Of a stretch of DNA of 64,000 nt, positions 1 through 9,153 are shown in pieces. The notes below the pieces were generated by a model. It made no database searches, was not told the DNA's origin, and saw only the letters and a list, made by a program, of their open reading frames with translations. The translations under genes and the position numbers were made by a program. Each line of letters opens with the position of its first letter. The stretch's first letter is position 1. Origin of the DNA: a virus; the IMG/VR virus record IMGVR_UViG_3300003322_000730, positions 1 to 64,000 of that record; one strand, 5' to 3'.

Positions 1-232
1 GCTGCATTATGTCGCGTAGGCTTATCCGAGCATCTTCTTCCGCGCCTTCTCTGTTATCTTCAAACATGACAGCGTGCCAATCTTCTTCTTTTACCAGTGT
101 AGCAATAATGGTTTCCGATATGTCAGCCTCGTATCCTTCTCGTTTTTCCATAGCCAGTGCAATTGCATCAAAAGTTGTTTCGGAGGCTATGTAGAAGAAT
201 GTGCCTGTGATTTGTACTTCGTAAACATTCAT
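1..232 (-). CDS. hypothetical phage protein, truncated by window edge
   Basis: Read by eye: ATG at 232 (MNVYEVQITG...), open to position 1, overlaps the stop of the upstream ORF (ATGA). Confidence 0.65.
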   Translation of the reverse strand, partial: MNVYEVQITGTFFYIASETTFDAIALAMEKREGYEADISETIIATLVKEEDWHAVMFEDNREGAEEDARISLRDIMQ

Positions 233-411
233 TTCTCTATTGATTTAAAAGTGATTTCTACCGGCTCGATCTCCGGGGAGAGCCTGATTAACCCATGTCC
301 CGATAGCATCATCAGGGCGATTTGCTTTTGCTCGTGAGTGGCGAGTACTTGGTGCGCCTTCCCGTCGTCGGTTTCTACCAGGATCAGGATTTTCTTTACG
401 TTGGGGATCAT
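229..411 (-). CDS. hypothetical protein
   Basis: Part of tightly packed leftward ORF run with overlapping start/stop codons. Confidence 0.65.
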   Translation of the reverse strand: MIPNVKKILILVETDDGKAHQVLATHEQKQIALMMLSGHGLIRLSPEIEPVEITFKSIEK

Positions 412-662
412 GGCAGGATGATTTCGGTGGATTTAACCATATCCATTGCGGTTGCGTATTCTTCTAATTCAAGTTTGATTAAGCCCGGCTTCGCATTCTC
501 CGCGCACCGCTGCCGCAGGTCTTCGCAGCACTGGCGGGCGTATTCTTTCCCAATCTCGACCACCCCATTGAAAACGTCCCATTCCATCTGCTCATGATTC
601 GGGTATTTTTCGGCAATCATGTCTGATAACTTTTTCATATCACTCTTCGGTTTGATTTGCAT
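408..662 (-). CDS. hypothetical protein
   Basis: Packed leftward ORF; exact start uncertain. Confidence 0.6.
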   Translation of the reverse strand: MQIKPKSDMKKLSDMIAEKYPNHEQMEWDVFNGVVEIGKEYARQCCEDLRQRCAENAKPGLIKLELEEYATAMDMVKSTEIILP

Positions 663-864
663 TTAGGGAGGTGACTTCAATCCTCACAAGTTCGTAGTTC
701 GAAAGATCAATTTTTAACCCTATTGATATGTTTTCTATTGTTGATGTGTCAGGGTACGGCGTAGGCCACCTTTCTGGTCTTATTGACCAAGTTCCCTTGT
801 AATACCTGGCAACACCCCACAGACTTTTCCCTGGTTTTGATCTTTTATATAAAAGCGCTTTCAT
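640..864 (-). CDS. hypothetical protein
   Basis: Packed leftward ORF. Confidence 0.6.
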   Translation of the reverse strand: MKALLYKRSKPGKSLWGVARYYKGTWSIRPERWPTPYPDTSTIENISIGLKIDLSNYELVRIEVTSLNANQTEE

Positions 865-1142
865 AAGTTGAATGGGATTTTTCTAATATTCCCAGAGCAC
901 GTTTCAAAAATAATTTTACTAAGCCCATTGTCTTGCTTACCATTATATCTTCCGCGCCTCCATTCACCATCTTCTAGGTCTTGCCATTCAATAATATCTC
1001 CCACCTTGGGAGTCCACACTTCCGTCGCCGGATCATTCGGGTTTGTTTTCATTGTCTTTTCGTTGTTTAAACTTTCCAAATACTTCTCGACAGACCCAAA
1101 CTCTTGGATCATGTCATCAATGTGCCGGACTATTGATCCCAT
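861..1142 (-). CDS. hypothetical protein, possible SH3/Tudor-like C-terminus
   Basis: PKVGDIIEW...WRRG pattern; packed ORF. Confidence 0.55.
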   Translation of the reverse strand: MGSIVRHIDDMIQEFGSVEKYLESLNNEKTMKTNPNDPATEVWTPKVGDIIEWQDLEDGEWRRGRYNGKQDNGLSKIIFETCSGNIRKIPFNL

Positions 1143-1657
1143 GGAACTACCTGATCATCCCAACGCCACTGGTACTTCCCCGCGGTCTTCTGAAGACCGT
1201 TGGCGCACCTGATGATCAGCGGAGGGGCCACGCCGGTCCTGAGATGCGCCGCGAACACTGTCTTGTGCCTGGCGATCACTCTTCCGTTGCGCCTGTGGCA
1301 CTGTAAAAGCAGGCTCGGCTTCTGGAACGGGTTCTCCCCTTCGATCTCGTCAGAGCGCTCAAATGGCATCTCAAAGATGATCCTGGGCCTCTTCTTGCAA
1401 ACCTCTTGCAGAAACATGCTGCATAAGATGCTGATCTGACCCGGGAACAGCTTCTTTGCGTTTTCAATAACCTCCCTTTCCAAAGTAATTGTTGTGACAA
1501 CCGGATCTTTCCACGCCGGCTGTTTGGTTTGATTGGGGCGGGCAAGCAGGCTGTAGCCTTCCTTTCTGCTGTTCAGCAGGCTTTTGGGGCGGCCTTTGGT
1601 CTTTCCGCTGGGCATTGCCTGCTTTTGTTTAGTCGAGGTATTTGATTGGGTTTTCAT
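1130..1657 (-). CDS. basic hypothetical protein, possibly DNA-binding
   Basis: KGRPK AT-hook-like motif, K/R-rich, follows the HTH gene. Confidence 0.5.
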   Translation of the reverse strand: MKTQSNTSTKQKQAMPSGKTKGRPKSLLNSRKEGYSLLARPNQTKQPAWKDPVVTTITLEREVIENAKKLFPGQISILCSMFLQEVCKKRPRIIFEMPFERSDEIEGENPFQKPSLLLQCHRRNGRVIARHKTVFAAHLRTGVAPPLIIRCANGLQKTAGKYQWRWDDQVVPWDQ

Positions 1658-1928
1658 CGAATTTCTTCTCCAAGTCCAAGATCATTAAAAGCATCGGTGA
1701 GGTGGGGTATGATTTTCCGTCTTCCCATTTGGATACGTGATTGGAAGATGTTCCCAGTGCCTGACCGAATTCGTAGCGTGTCATTTCCATTTTCTCGCGG
1801 ATGCCTGTTACCAGGTCGCGGACCTTTTGTTCATATTCCTCCCGTAGCTGCTTCTTTTGTCTGGCGGCGGTCTGGATTGCTTCGGCTTTGGCTTCTGCCC
1901 TTTGTATGAGTTGATTTGTTTCTGACAT
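1629..1928 (-). CDS. XRE-family helix-turn-helix regulator
   Basis: IREKMEMTRYEFGQALGTSSNHVSKWEDGKSYP matches the HTH_3 pattern; N-terminal coiled coil. Confidence 0.85.
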   Translation of the reverse strand: MSETNQLIQRAEAKAEAIQTAARQKKQLREEYEQKVRDLVTGIREKMEMTRYEFGQALGTSSNHVSKWEDGKSYPTSPMLLMILDLEKKFDENPIKYLD

Positions 1929-2023
1929 AATTAGTGGCTATTTTTGTGGGGCAGGAGCGGTTTTCTGTGAGAGTTTATCGTGAATGTATTGCCTGGTGGC
2001 GGGGAGGCCGTAGCCGGGCTTTT

Positions 2024-2677
2024 TCATGCGGTACCGAACATCTGTTCTGCAATAGCTTGCGCAATGCCGGGATATGTTTTACTTCTAAGTTCGGCCCTGT
2101 TGTCTGATGGAGACAAATTGTTTTGCCCCGAGTCAGTTTGGTTTGACCATAATTTTTTACCATTTACAATTCTGGGAAGTACGTAGTTATCAGCAGAATG
2201 CCAAACCTTTGGCAAGTTCTTGATCCACAAGCACGTTTTTTTGCTTGCGTCATCTCCAAACATCCATGGCTGAATGACTTGATCTGGCTTGCGAAAGTAC
2301 CGACTCATAACGCCAACTGGATTCTCGATCACAATCCTTTGAATCCCGCAATTCCATAGGGCCATGAAGAATTCATAAGCATCTGCGCGGGCGTTTCTTC
2401 TGGCTTCGCCAACAAGTGTTCCCGGTTTGACCTTCTGGTGATATGGTCCGTCTTTATAGGCCCATTCAGCAGAGCATGTTAGGTATGTGCAATCGGGGAA
2501 GAATACACCAGCGTCCCATTTTTGCATTTTGAGTGCGGCGAAAACATCCATCTGCAAGTGCCATTCAGGGTGACCGCCAGAACATGGCTTTAAATCACAG
2601 GAATATGCTTCGTGACCCAGCTTCCGTAGTTCGATGGTGACAGCTTGGCTCTCTTCGCAGCCTACAAGTATTTTCAT
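2024..2677 (-). CDS. phage DNA cytosine-5 methyltransferase (short type)
   Basis: Motif I variant ILVGCEES, catalytic P-D-C (FPDCTYL), IENPV, C-terminal RSKTYPGIAQAIAEQ. Confidence 0.85.
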   Translation of the reverse strand: MKILVGCEESQAVTIELRKLGHEAYSCDLKPCSGGHPEWHLQMDVFAALKMQKWDAGVFFPDCTYLTCSAEWAYKDGPYHQKVKPGTLVGEARRNARADAYEFFMALWNCGIQRIVIENPVGVMSRYFRKPDQVIQPWMFGDDASKKTCLWIKNLPKVWHSADNYVLPRIVNGKKLWSNQTDSGQNNLSPSDNRAELRSKTYPGIAQAIAEQMFGTA

Positions 2678-2678
2678 A

Positions 2679-3119
2679 TTATTGTTTAGACATACTTACT
2701 AATAACTGACGAACCCGAGCATTAACGGCATATTCAAAAGCATGATCAGTCATTCTCTCTTTCATTTCAGAAGCTATATTGTCGGCAACTTCATTGATGC
2801 TTTTGTCAGCTGCCACACAAATAGCATTGTCAATCCTGTCCATTACTGCTTTTTTGATTTTATCATGGACTGCTGTGCTTATGTGAGAGTCAACGCCCGT
2901 AGGCTTGATACCCAATGCTTCATTTGCCTCTCTTACGACCATTTCAATGAGAGATTTGATGTACATTGGAAGCTTTTCTTCGGCGATAGATCTCAAGTGC
3001 TTTTTTGTGAATTCTTGGACGATTGAATTTCGTAACTCAATCTCCATTTCGGTGTCATTCCCAATCAAGCGCTCTAGCGCCGCTAAACTATTTATTTGAA
3101 TTTTTGTTCCCATAGTCAC
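2679..3119 (-). CDS. hypothetical alpha-helical protein
   Basis: 146-aa packed ORF. Confidence 0.7.
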   Translation of the reverse strand: MTMGTKIQINSLAALERLIGNDTEMEIELRNSIVQEFTKKHLRSIAEEKLPMYIKSLIEMVVREANEALGIKPTGVDSHISTAVHDKIKKAVMDRIDNAICVAADKSINEVADNIASEMKERMTDHAFEYAVNARVRQLLVSMSKQ

Positions 3120-3364
3120 TCCTGAATTTCAAATTTCTGATCAAACTCTTCCCTTGAAACCGGCCACACCTTGCCTACCTTGTCAACAATCTGACCGGAG
3201 CCGTTATATGCCTTTTTCTGCCCGCCAATAAAAACAACCCCGGGATGGAGCTGTTTTCTGGCGCAGATGAATATTTCACCGGTTTCTTTTTGCTTGCAAA
3301 ACTTCCCTTTCGGGAGAAACGGTACGCTGTCGTATGGGGTTGGATTGTCGAAGTTGGCTGTCAT
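3116..3364 (-). CDS. hypothetical protein
   Basis: Start re-called at ATG 3364 (MTANFDNP), coupled to the upstream stop. Confidence 0.6.
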   Translation of the reverse strand: MTANFDNPTPYDSVPFLPKGKFCKQKETGEIFICARKQLHPGVVFIGGQKKAYNGSGQIVDKVGKVWPVSREEFDQKFEIQE

Positions 3365-4383
3365 CTCAGCCACAAATAAAATTCCCGTGAATATGTCTTG
3401 CCAACCACAAAAGCATCCGGTTTCTCCGTGAAGTTTGTTGTCCACCGCCGGCCGTCGGGTGATGTTTCCAGGCGCATCTTGCTGAGACCTGAATTTTCTG
3501 TTATATCAAAGCTGATATGTCCTTTGGTATTTCCTTCATTGTCGATCGATGAAGTCAGCCGCAGGTTGTTGTAACGAACCGGAAGGGCATCAGGTTTGCA
3601 GGATGGTTCGCATGTCAGCTTAGCAGCTCCAAGTTTTGTTTTGTCGTTGATGTTTCCTGTGTAGCAGAATTCAATGTCTGAGCTTTTGGTCAGCTTGGCA
3701 TTCAGGTTGAGATTGCCCGTAACCTTCACAAAGCCTTTGCCGCTTAACTTCTCCGAAGAGTTCACATTCAAGCCATTAGTCTCCAAATATCCGCAGTCGC
3801 AGGCAACATAATCCCCTGAATGCAGGTTGGTGTAATTGGATACTGCCAGCCTTCCGCAGTTGTAGTAAAAACTGCCGCCGGATGAAAGTTGCAAGTCACC
3901 GATAACCGTATGGGTTCCGTAGTTGTAGAAGGTATTTTTCCCGTTTTGTAACTCGACTGATTGAGAGATGATTTTGCCTTTGTTGGTCACGGTTATTTTC
4001 CCGTTCAGGTTCATTGGCCCAATGGATAACTCTCCGGTCTGCGAGACGAATATAGAGGCTTCTTTGCCGCCGTTGGTAGCGTTCAGGTTTCCAATGGATA
4101 CCGGTCCAGTGATGGTCAGTTTCCCATCGCCTTGAAGCTCTACGACATCGTAGTGCCCATCGGATAATGAAACGTCACCAGAGACTACCAGATTTTGATT
4201 GGTACGCTGCGATCTGCCGACTTCCAAAGGAAAGATGCGTGACGCATCGAAAGTGCCGTCAGAATACTCAAAAACAGCCCGGGCGTACAGCATGTTTTCG
4301 GGGTTAGGGAATTGTACTACCTGCTCTTTGCAGGAAAAAGTTAGCGCCAGCAGCGCGAAGAGAAAAGTGATTTTTGTTTTCAT
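3361..4383 (-). CDS. lipoprotein with beta-helix core and split Ig-like domain
   Basis: Lipobox LTFSC after a hydrophobic leader; G/N-rich beta-helix-like repeats; C-terminal ALPV...ETSPDGRRW like Cytophagales secreted-protein Ig domains. Confidence 0.75.
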   Translation of the reverse strand: MKTKITFLFALLALTFSCKEQVVQFPNPENMLYARAVFEYSDGTFDASRIFPLEVGRSQRTNQNLVVSGDVSLSDGHYDVVELQGDGKLTITGPVSIGNLNATNGGKEASIFVSQTGELSIGPMNLNGKITVTNKGKIISQSVELQNGKNTFYNYGTHTVIGDLQLSSGGSFYYNCGRLAVSNYTNLHSGDYVACDCGYLETNGLNVNSSEKLSGKGFVKVTGNLNLNAKLTKSSDIEFCYTGNINDKTKLGAAKLTCEPSCKPDALPVRYNNLRLTSSIDNEGNTKGHISFDITENSGLSKMRLETSPDGRRWTTNFTEKPDAFVVGKTYSREFYLWLR

Positions 4384-4410
4384 TGGTTTGTATTTGATTT
4401 TTGATGGTTA

Positions 4411-4734
4411 CTATATCTCGCCGGTGTCAACAAACTTTTGAAGAATTGGAAGCATCTTTTTGACTTGGTTTCTTGTCAGGTGCATCCTGGTGTTAAGCAG
4501 AACCTCTTTTGGGATTTCGAATTTAGTCCATCCATTATCTGCCTCGGTATAAGTCCGCTCTCTCAGTCCCATCCTGATCGCATCAGAAGACATAATTTTC
4601 GGATCAGCATCATCAATACCTAGCCAGATGGCATCAGCGGTGGCCAAGCTGGATTTTTGAATGGAGCAGCTTGCCCCGTACTGATCTTTAAATTCGTAAT
4701 ACTGAAAGCCTCTTTGTGTTGTTTTCTTTTTCAT
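4411..4734 (-). CDS. conserved phage hypothetical protein
   Basis: RGF..EFKDQYG..CSIQKSSLAT..AIWLG motif recalled from other phage proteins. Confidence 0.75.
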   Translation of the reverse strand: MKKKTTQRGFQYYEFKDQYGASCSIQKSSLATADAIWLGIDDADPKIMSSDAIRMGLRERTYTEADNGWTKFEIPKEVLLNTRMHLTRNQVKKMLPILQKFVDTGEI

Positions 4735-4740
4735 TTTGGT

Positions 4741-5007
4741 TTATATTTCTCCGTAAATCGATTTGTAAAGTTTAAGCTTCTCGGAGTCATCAAAATGATC
4801 TTCCAATGCACGTTCAAGGTCTTTATTCCACTTGATTTGCTCGTCGAGCATAGCTTTTGTCTTATCGTGCGTTTCAATCATTGTTTTTGCAGATTCGGCC
4901 AACGACTCAAACACTTTATTCCACTGATTGGTCAGATAAAAGTTGAATATCTCCTGAAGCAAAATGATCACCGCAAAGCACATATATAATATCTCCTGTG
5001 TACTCAT
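4741..5007 (-). CDS. membrane-anchored coiled-coil protein
   Basis: N-terminal hydrophobic helix followed by a charged helical tail. Confidence 0.65.
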   Translation of the reverse strand: MSTQEILYMCFAVIILLQEIFNFYLTNQWNKVFESLAESAKTMIETHDKTKAMLDEQIKWNKDLERALEDHFDDSEKLKLYKSIYGEI

Positions 5008-5009
5008 AG

Positions 5010-5321
5010 CTATCTAAGTCTTGGCGGAATCATGAAGTGAGTGGGATTGAGAACTTTGTTGACCACGGTCTGAACTTTACCTTCTGAGTCAAACCAGCGT
5101 ATCAGTGTACACCATGCTTCTTTCTCAGGCAGGTAAAGGCAGTTAGTAAACCGGACAACTCCGTTTGATAGAATGTCAACATACACGCCTTCAGGAGCTT
5201 CGGAGATGTCTTGCCAGGAAAACATCTGCATGATCTCAGCGGCGGCTGATTCTGCCTGATGCTGCTTGCAGGCGGTCCATTCAGCGATTATTTCGGTTAA
5301 GGCGCTCGTGGTAATTTCCAT
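5010..5321 (-). CDS. DUF551-like phage protein
   Basis: WQDISEAP...NPTHFMIPP pattern. Confidence 0.6.
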   Translation of the reverse strand: MEITTSALTEIIAEWTACKQHQAESAAAEIMQMFSWQDISEAPEGVYVDILSNGVVRFTNCLYLPEKEAWCTLIRWFDSEGKVQTVVNKVLNPTHFMIPPRLR

Positions 5322-5420
5322 AGTCGTTAGTTTTCTTTGTGTCTTTTACATGCAATCTGATCGCTGTTCGGAAACCGTGTACTCCCAGCAGTAACAGGAT
5401 GGTGGCGGAGATGTATTCGG

Positions 5421-5735
5421 TCATGGAACCCGTGCGTCGTATTTATGTTTCAGCAACTCCCATTTGCGTTCCGCTTCTTCCCGTTTCTCTGGGGTGTCTG
5501 CTTCGATAAGCTCGTCGAAAATCCGGTCTTGTTGCCGGTGATCATGGATTGCTTTGAATCCTATGCTTGCAATGGCAAATAGTAGTATAACAGCATAGAT
5601 GTCATACGGGATCAAAACGATCCACCAGGGCCAGTCAAGTACTCCGGAGATCTTTAAGGCTACCGGAAGCAGAAGCAATGCAGCCCACCACAGCAGGTGG
5701 TAGGATGGCTTTTTCTTTTCAGGGGTTTGTGTCAT
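5421..5735 (-). CDS. membrane protein
   Basis: LKISGVLDWPWWIVLIP transmembrane motif. Confidence 0.7.
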   Translation of the reverse strand: MTQTPEKKKPSYHLLWWAALLLLPVALKISGVLDWPWWIVLIPYDIYAVILLFAIASIGFKAIHDHRQQDRIFDELIEADTPEKREEAERKWELLKHKYDARVP

Positions 5736-5737
5736 GA

Positions 5738-5971
5738 TTAGATGTTCTTATTCTGAGTGATAAATGTGAGAATTTCTTTGAGGTCGTGTGCGGCCCGGCG
5801 GAGAGCCCCGTGTTTACGGGTGCCGCTGGTTTGATATGCATATTTCATTTCTTGCGTCTGCGCCTTACGGGTCCGATCTTCGTTTTCCTGTTCAATCCGT
5901 CGAACATCTGCCAGGCGTTGCAGGAATCTTTGCGTTTCGGCTTCGATTTGGTCAAGTGTTTTTGTTGTCAT
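5738..5971 (-). CDS. hypothetical protein
   Basis: Packed leftward ORF. Confidence 0.6.
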   Translation of the reverse strand: MTTKTLDQIEAETQRFLQRLADVRRIEQENEDRTRKAQTQEMKYAYQTSGTRKHGALRRAAHDLKEILTFITQNKNI

Positions 5972-6156
5972 GCTGAATAATCAAGGTTTGGCACAAAAGT
6001 GATTGAAATACTGTTGTTGAGGATTGCTCGAAGGATATACCCACCAGGAACAAATGCCTTGGCAAAATCTATTTGCTGCTCCAAGTTTCCATTTGATTTC
6101 TCCGCAGGCACATGGTGCCATACCAGTTTGTTTGGTTTTGTCATGAGAGTTTTGGT

Positions 6157-7197
6157 TTAATTATTCACAGGATTGATCAGCGAAGGGTCAGATGCTTCGA
6201 GACCCCACTTGGTTACTACCAGCACCCCGCCGCGAACTTTTTGGAAAACAATAGGGTCTTCTTTGACGATTGTTTTCGTATAACCGAACTTGGAAGACTG
6301 GCTGTATCCAGTGAGATCAAAGTGATCTTTCGGGGCTGCGATGTGAAATGGGGAGTCTTCGACAATTTGCACTTCCTTGTACCCAAATTCAAGTGCATAT
6401 TCATTATGCAGTTCATTGCCCTTGGGGTGAGAGTAAAACTTAGTGTTTTTCTTTACAAATTCAATTAGCTCTGACCTAGTTTTGCCAGAAAAAACAGGTC
6501 CCCCATTGGCTTTTATTTTGTACAAAACATCTTGGTGTACGATCCTTTCTCCAGACTCAAATTCTGACTCACCTCCCCACATGCGAGACCCGAATGCTCT
6601 CGACATAAAACCCCTAATTGATCTGGTGAAAAACAAATCGTCTTCTACATCTTCAACCTTGACCTCCTGCGCGTTCTCCATTTCGGCGATGTTCTTATCT
6701 GGAACCGTTTTGATATACCGGTTAACAGGAGCATAAATAAGCCCATAGGTCTGGCAGATACGGTCCAGTTCGGCTGTAGAAAGAAACTTTGTGAATGGGT
6801 ATGTCCGCTGATAGTACAGTACAAGCTCAGCGAATTCAATGGCCTGTTTCCTGGTTTGCTCAATCTTCTGGTTCTGCTTTTTTATTTCTTCCAGCTCAGC
6901 CTGTTTCTTTTGGACACTTATAGACTCAATGGCTTTTGTAAATCCAAGCTTCATGAGCCGTGCTCCTTTTTCTTCTACACCTTCAGGCAGCGGTGAGGCT
7001 ACTTCCGGCAAGAGTTGCGCCGCTTCGACAATGTCCCTGGCGGACTGGATTAGTCTCTCCGGTGCCGTGTCAAACTCACTGTGGATTTTTTCAATCAGTG
7101 CTTTCTGAGAAACACCTGCTGCTTCTAGTATTGGCTCTGAAACAACAGTTTGTTTTACTGGATCACTTCCAAATGTTAACATTCTGAATAGGCTCAT
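6157..7197 (-). CDS. hypothetical protein (346 aa)
   Basis: Long ORF with a coiled-coil segment; ends DPIVFQ...GVLVVTKWG. Confidence 0.8.
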   Translation of the reverse strand: MSLFRMLTFGSDPVKQTVVSEPILEAAGVSQKALIEKIHSEFDTAPERLIQSARDIVEAAQLLPEVASPLPEGVEEKGARLMKLGFTKAIESISVQKKQAELEEIKKQNQKIEQTRKQAIEFAELVLYYQRTYPFTKFLSTAELDRICQTYGLIYAPVNRYIKTVPDKNIAEMENAQEVKVEDVEDDLFFTRSIRGFMSRAFGSRMWGGESEFESGERIVHQDVLYKIKANGGPVFSGKTRSELIEFVKKNTKFYSHPKGNELHNEYALEFGYKEVQIVEDSPFHIAAPKDHFDLTGYSQSSKFGYTKTIVKEDPIVFQKVRGGVLVVTKWGLEASDPSLINPVNN

Positions 7198-7217
7198 GAT
7201 TTTTTGTGTTTAAGTGG

Positions 7218-7442
7218 TTAATCTTTTACAAACAGTTGATCATTCATCAAAGAAGGCACCCAGCTTTCCCCAAGTGCCTCAAATATTTCTGTATGCCCGT
7301 TGCGTGTGTACTCAATCCGTATCTTATGACCGGCACAGAATTTCAGCACCTTTACGGTCATGTCAAACTGATCGCTGCGGAAGATGTCGCCGACACGCAA
7401 GGGCAGGGGGTTCATTTTGAAGGGCCTTTTGAAACAGCCCAA
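7218..7442 (-). CDS. hypothetical protein
   Basis: Packed ORF; true start probably ATG 7415. Confidence 0.5.
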   Translation of the reverse strand: MGCFKRPFKMNPLPLRVGDIFRSDQFDMTVKVLKFCAGHKIRIEYTRNGHTEIFEALGESWVPSLMNDQLFVKD

Positions 7443-7663
7443 GAAATGATTTCTGCATCATTCGAAAAGTCAACTCCGGTAGATTTCATTTCATCAATGT
7501 CGGATTGTGACAATTCTCTAAAAACAACGTGCTGACCTCGTTTTCCTGAATACTTGTCCCACTGGCAGACCCAAATTTTTCCACTGGAAGATCGTGTAAC
7601 AGACATTGACCCATCAACTTGGGTGTCGCGCAAAACGCTATTTATCTTTTTCTTGTTGTACAT
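7412..7663 (-). CDS. hypothetical protein
   Basis: Overlaps the end of the nuclease gene. Confidence 0.55.
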   Translation of the reverse strand: MYNKKKINSVLRDTQVDGSMSVTRSSSGKIWVCQWDKYSGKRGQHVVFRELSQSDIDEMKSTGVDFSNDAEIISWAVSKGPSK

Positions 7664-8276
7664 AGTTTATAATCTTTTGACCTATAAATTTGTATTTAGT
7701 CAGTACCTCATAAAGATCGAAATTACCTTTCATGGCTTTGTAGGCTGAAATTCTTACGGTCCTCCCAAATCCCTTTAATCGAAGTCTTTGATCTCTTATA
7801 GAGTCGTACTCCTTGGTATTCATGTGAGCAATACCGTCAACCTCAATGATGCAGTTTATCGGTTTTTTCAGGTAGAAGTCTAATACGTATAACTTTATGT
7901 CACTTTTCTTCTTTGACAAACGCACGACCACGGGTTTCTCTCGCTCATAAGGGATATTTAGACGAATCAACTCTCGCTCCACATTTTCAACCGGCGGGCT
8001 ATTGTGATTGGATATATTTTGCTTCGAAAAGATATTCCCAATCTTTTTTAATCCGTTAGTGGCTTTTATCCTATCGGACTTCGATTTGCTATTTTTCAGT
8101 TTAATGCCATTCTCCGAAAGAGAACAGGCATACCTAATAATCACAGTATCCGTCTGATCTGATGATCCAGTTAAAGACCTTATCCTTGACGCAACCGCTT
8201 TCTTGCCTATGTCTTTTCTAAGACCCAGCTCTTGGCAACACAAAAAAAGTTGATAAAGCGTTGGTTTTACTTTCAC
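7638..8276 (-). CDS. DUF559/Vsr-like PD-(D/E)XK endonuclease with basic N-terminal extension
   Basis: YVLDFY...IIEVDGIAH...YDSIRDQRLRLKG...VRI motifs; GTG start. Confidence 0.8.
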   Translation of the reverse strand: MKVKPTLYQLFLCCQELGLRKDIGKKAVASRIRSLTGSSDQTDTVIIRYACSLSENGIKLKNSKSKSDRIKATNGLKKIGNIFSKQNISNHNSPPVENVERELIRLNIPYEREKPVVVRLSKKKSDIKLYVLDFYLKKPINCIIEVDGIAHMNTKEYDSIRDQRLRLKGFGRTVRISAYKAMKGNFDLYEVLTKYKFIGQKIINYVQQEKDK

Positions 8277-8289
8277 GGAAAAATTGGGG

Positions 8290-8894
8290 AAATTAAAAAA
8301 AATGAAAAACTGCTTTTAGTTAATATTAACCAATCTCTTTTCTTTTTCTACCGGATGGTGTCTCTTCCTGTTAGATCGAGTGGCGAGGCTGACGCACAAT
8401 CCGTCCAACACGCGTGAGAAACAAATCTCACCCATGCTGGGGGCTGCGTCATCATCCTTTATGAGTCTCGGACTGAGTGTGAGCGCATCACGTAACACCA
8501 CTCTACGTGAATTTGGGACATCTTACAGAGGATATTGTGGTTCCCCCAACCTTACTACGCAATTCCCTTACCCTTGCGCTGATCCAGAGGTTTCGCTGTT
8601 GATCATTTTCGGAGAGCGGCCAGCCGTGAGTATCATTGCCCGTACAACCATTAAGAGGCTTCCACCTCACTTCCTATCCTTGTTTCAGTAAATCAGTCTG
8701 GATTGTTCGGCCCGCAGCCTATTGAATCGGGTTTGATTCGCCAGGGCACAAAAGGATAGCCCTAACAGAGAGCGGCGGGTGATGAGTCCATAATTAAGAG
8801 CCACAGATAACTCCTAAAACCGCTGCCCTGTTAGGGCTAAATTTCTTTCTGTGTACGTTACAGTCATCAACTAAAACGGAACTCATGTCGAGAA
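8290..8894 (-). ncRNA. putative long structured leader or ncRNA upstream of the DUF559 gene
   Basis: ~600 nt without a convincing ORF, with its own promoter. Perfect inverted repeats: 8757-8768/8828-8839, 8674-8681/8752-8759, 8488-8494/8504-8510, and 8390-8396/8445-8451 enclosing 8414-8419/8426-8431. Confidence 0.6.
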
Positions 8895-8900
8895 CAGAAG

Positions 8901-8933
8901 TAAAATTACCACATCCTTCACATGAAAGTCAAG
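8901..8933 (-). promoter_or_regulatory. Bacteroidota-type sigma-A promoter
   Basis: Minus strand CTTG-N21-TAATTTTA, close to consensus TTTG-N19-21-TAnnTTTG. Confidence 0.55.
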
Positions 8934-8952
8934 TATTCTAACAAGAAAATTT

Positions 8953-9153
8953 TCAATTAAGCCCAACAGCCTTCCAAAAGTTGTCAATTGCGCGTTTCGC
9001 GCACATATGCAAGTGATACGCTTGAAATCCCAAAGTGCCTCGCACGGCCTTCCTGAAGTTCTCTTTGTAGATGTAGGACTTCTGTTTTACGTAGTATTCC
9101 TGATTGATATAGTCATCCAGGTCTTTCTCGCGTTCTTCATCCTGTTTTCCCAT
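8953..9153 (-). CDS. hypothetical protein, paralog of 9137-9325
   Basis: Shared LD.Y...VR.T.GF..YHL motif. Confidence 0.65.
   Translation of the reverse strand: MGKQDEEREKDLDDYINQEYYVKQKSYIYKENFRKAVRGTLGFQAYHLHMCAKRAIDNFWKAVGLN

Noticed and set aside
8290-8760. Group II intron (GTGCCC near the 5' side on the minus strand)
   Set aside because: No domain V/VI-like hairpin, no maturase and no interrupted gene.
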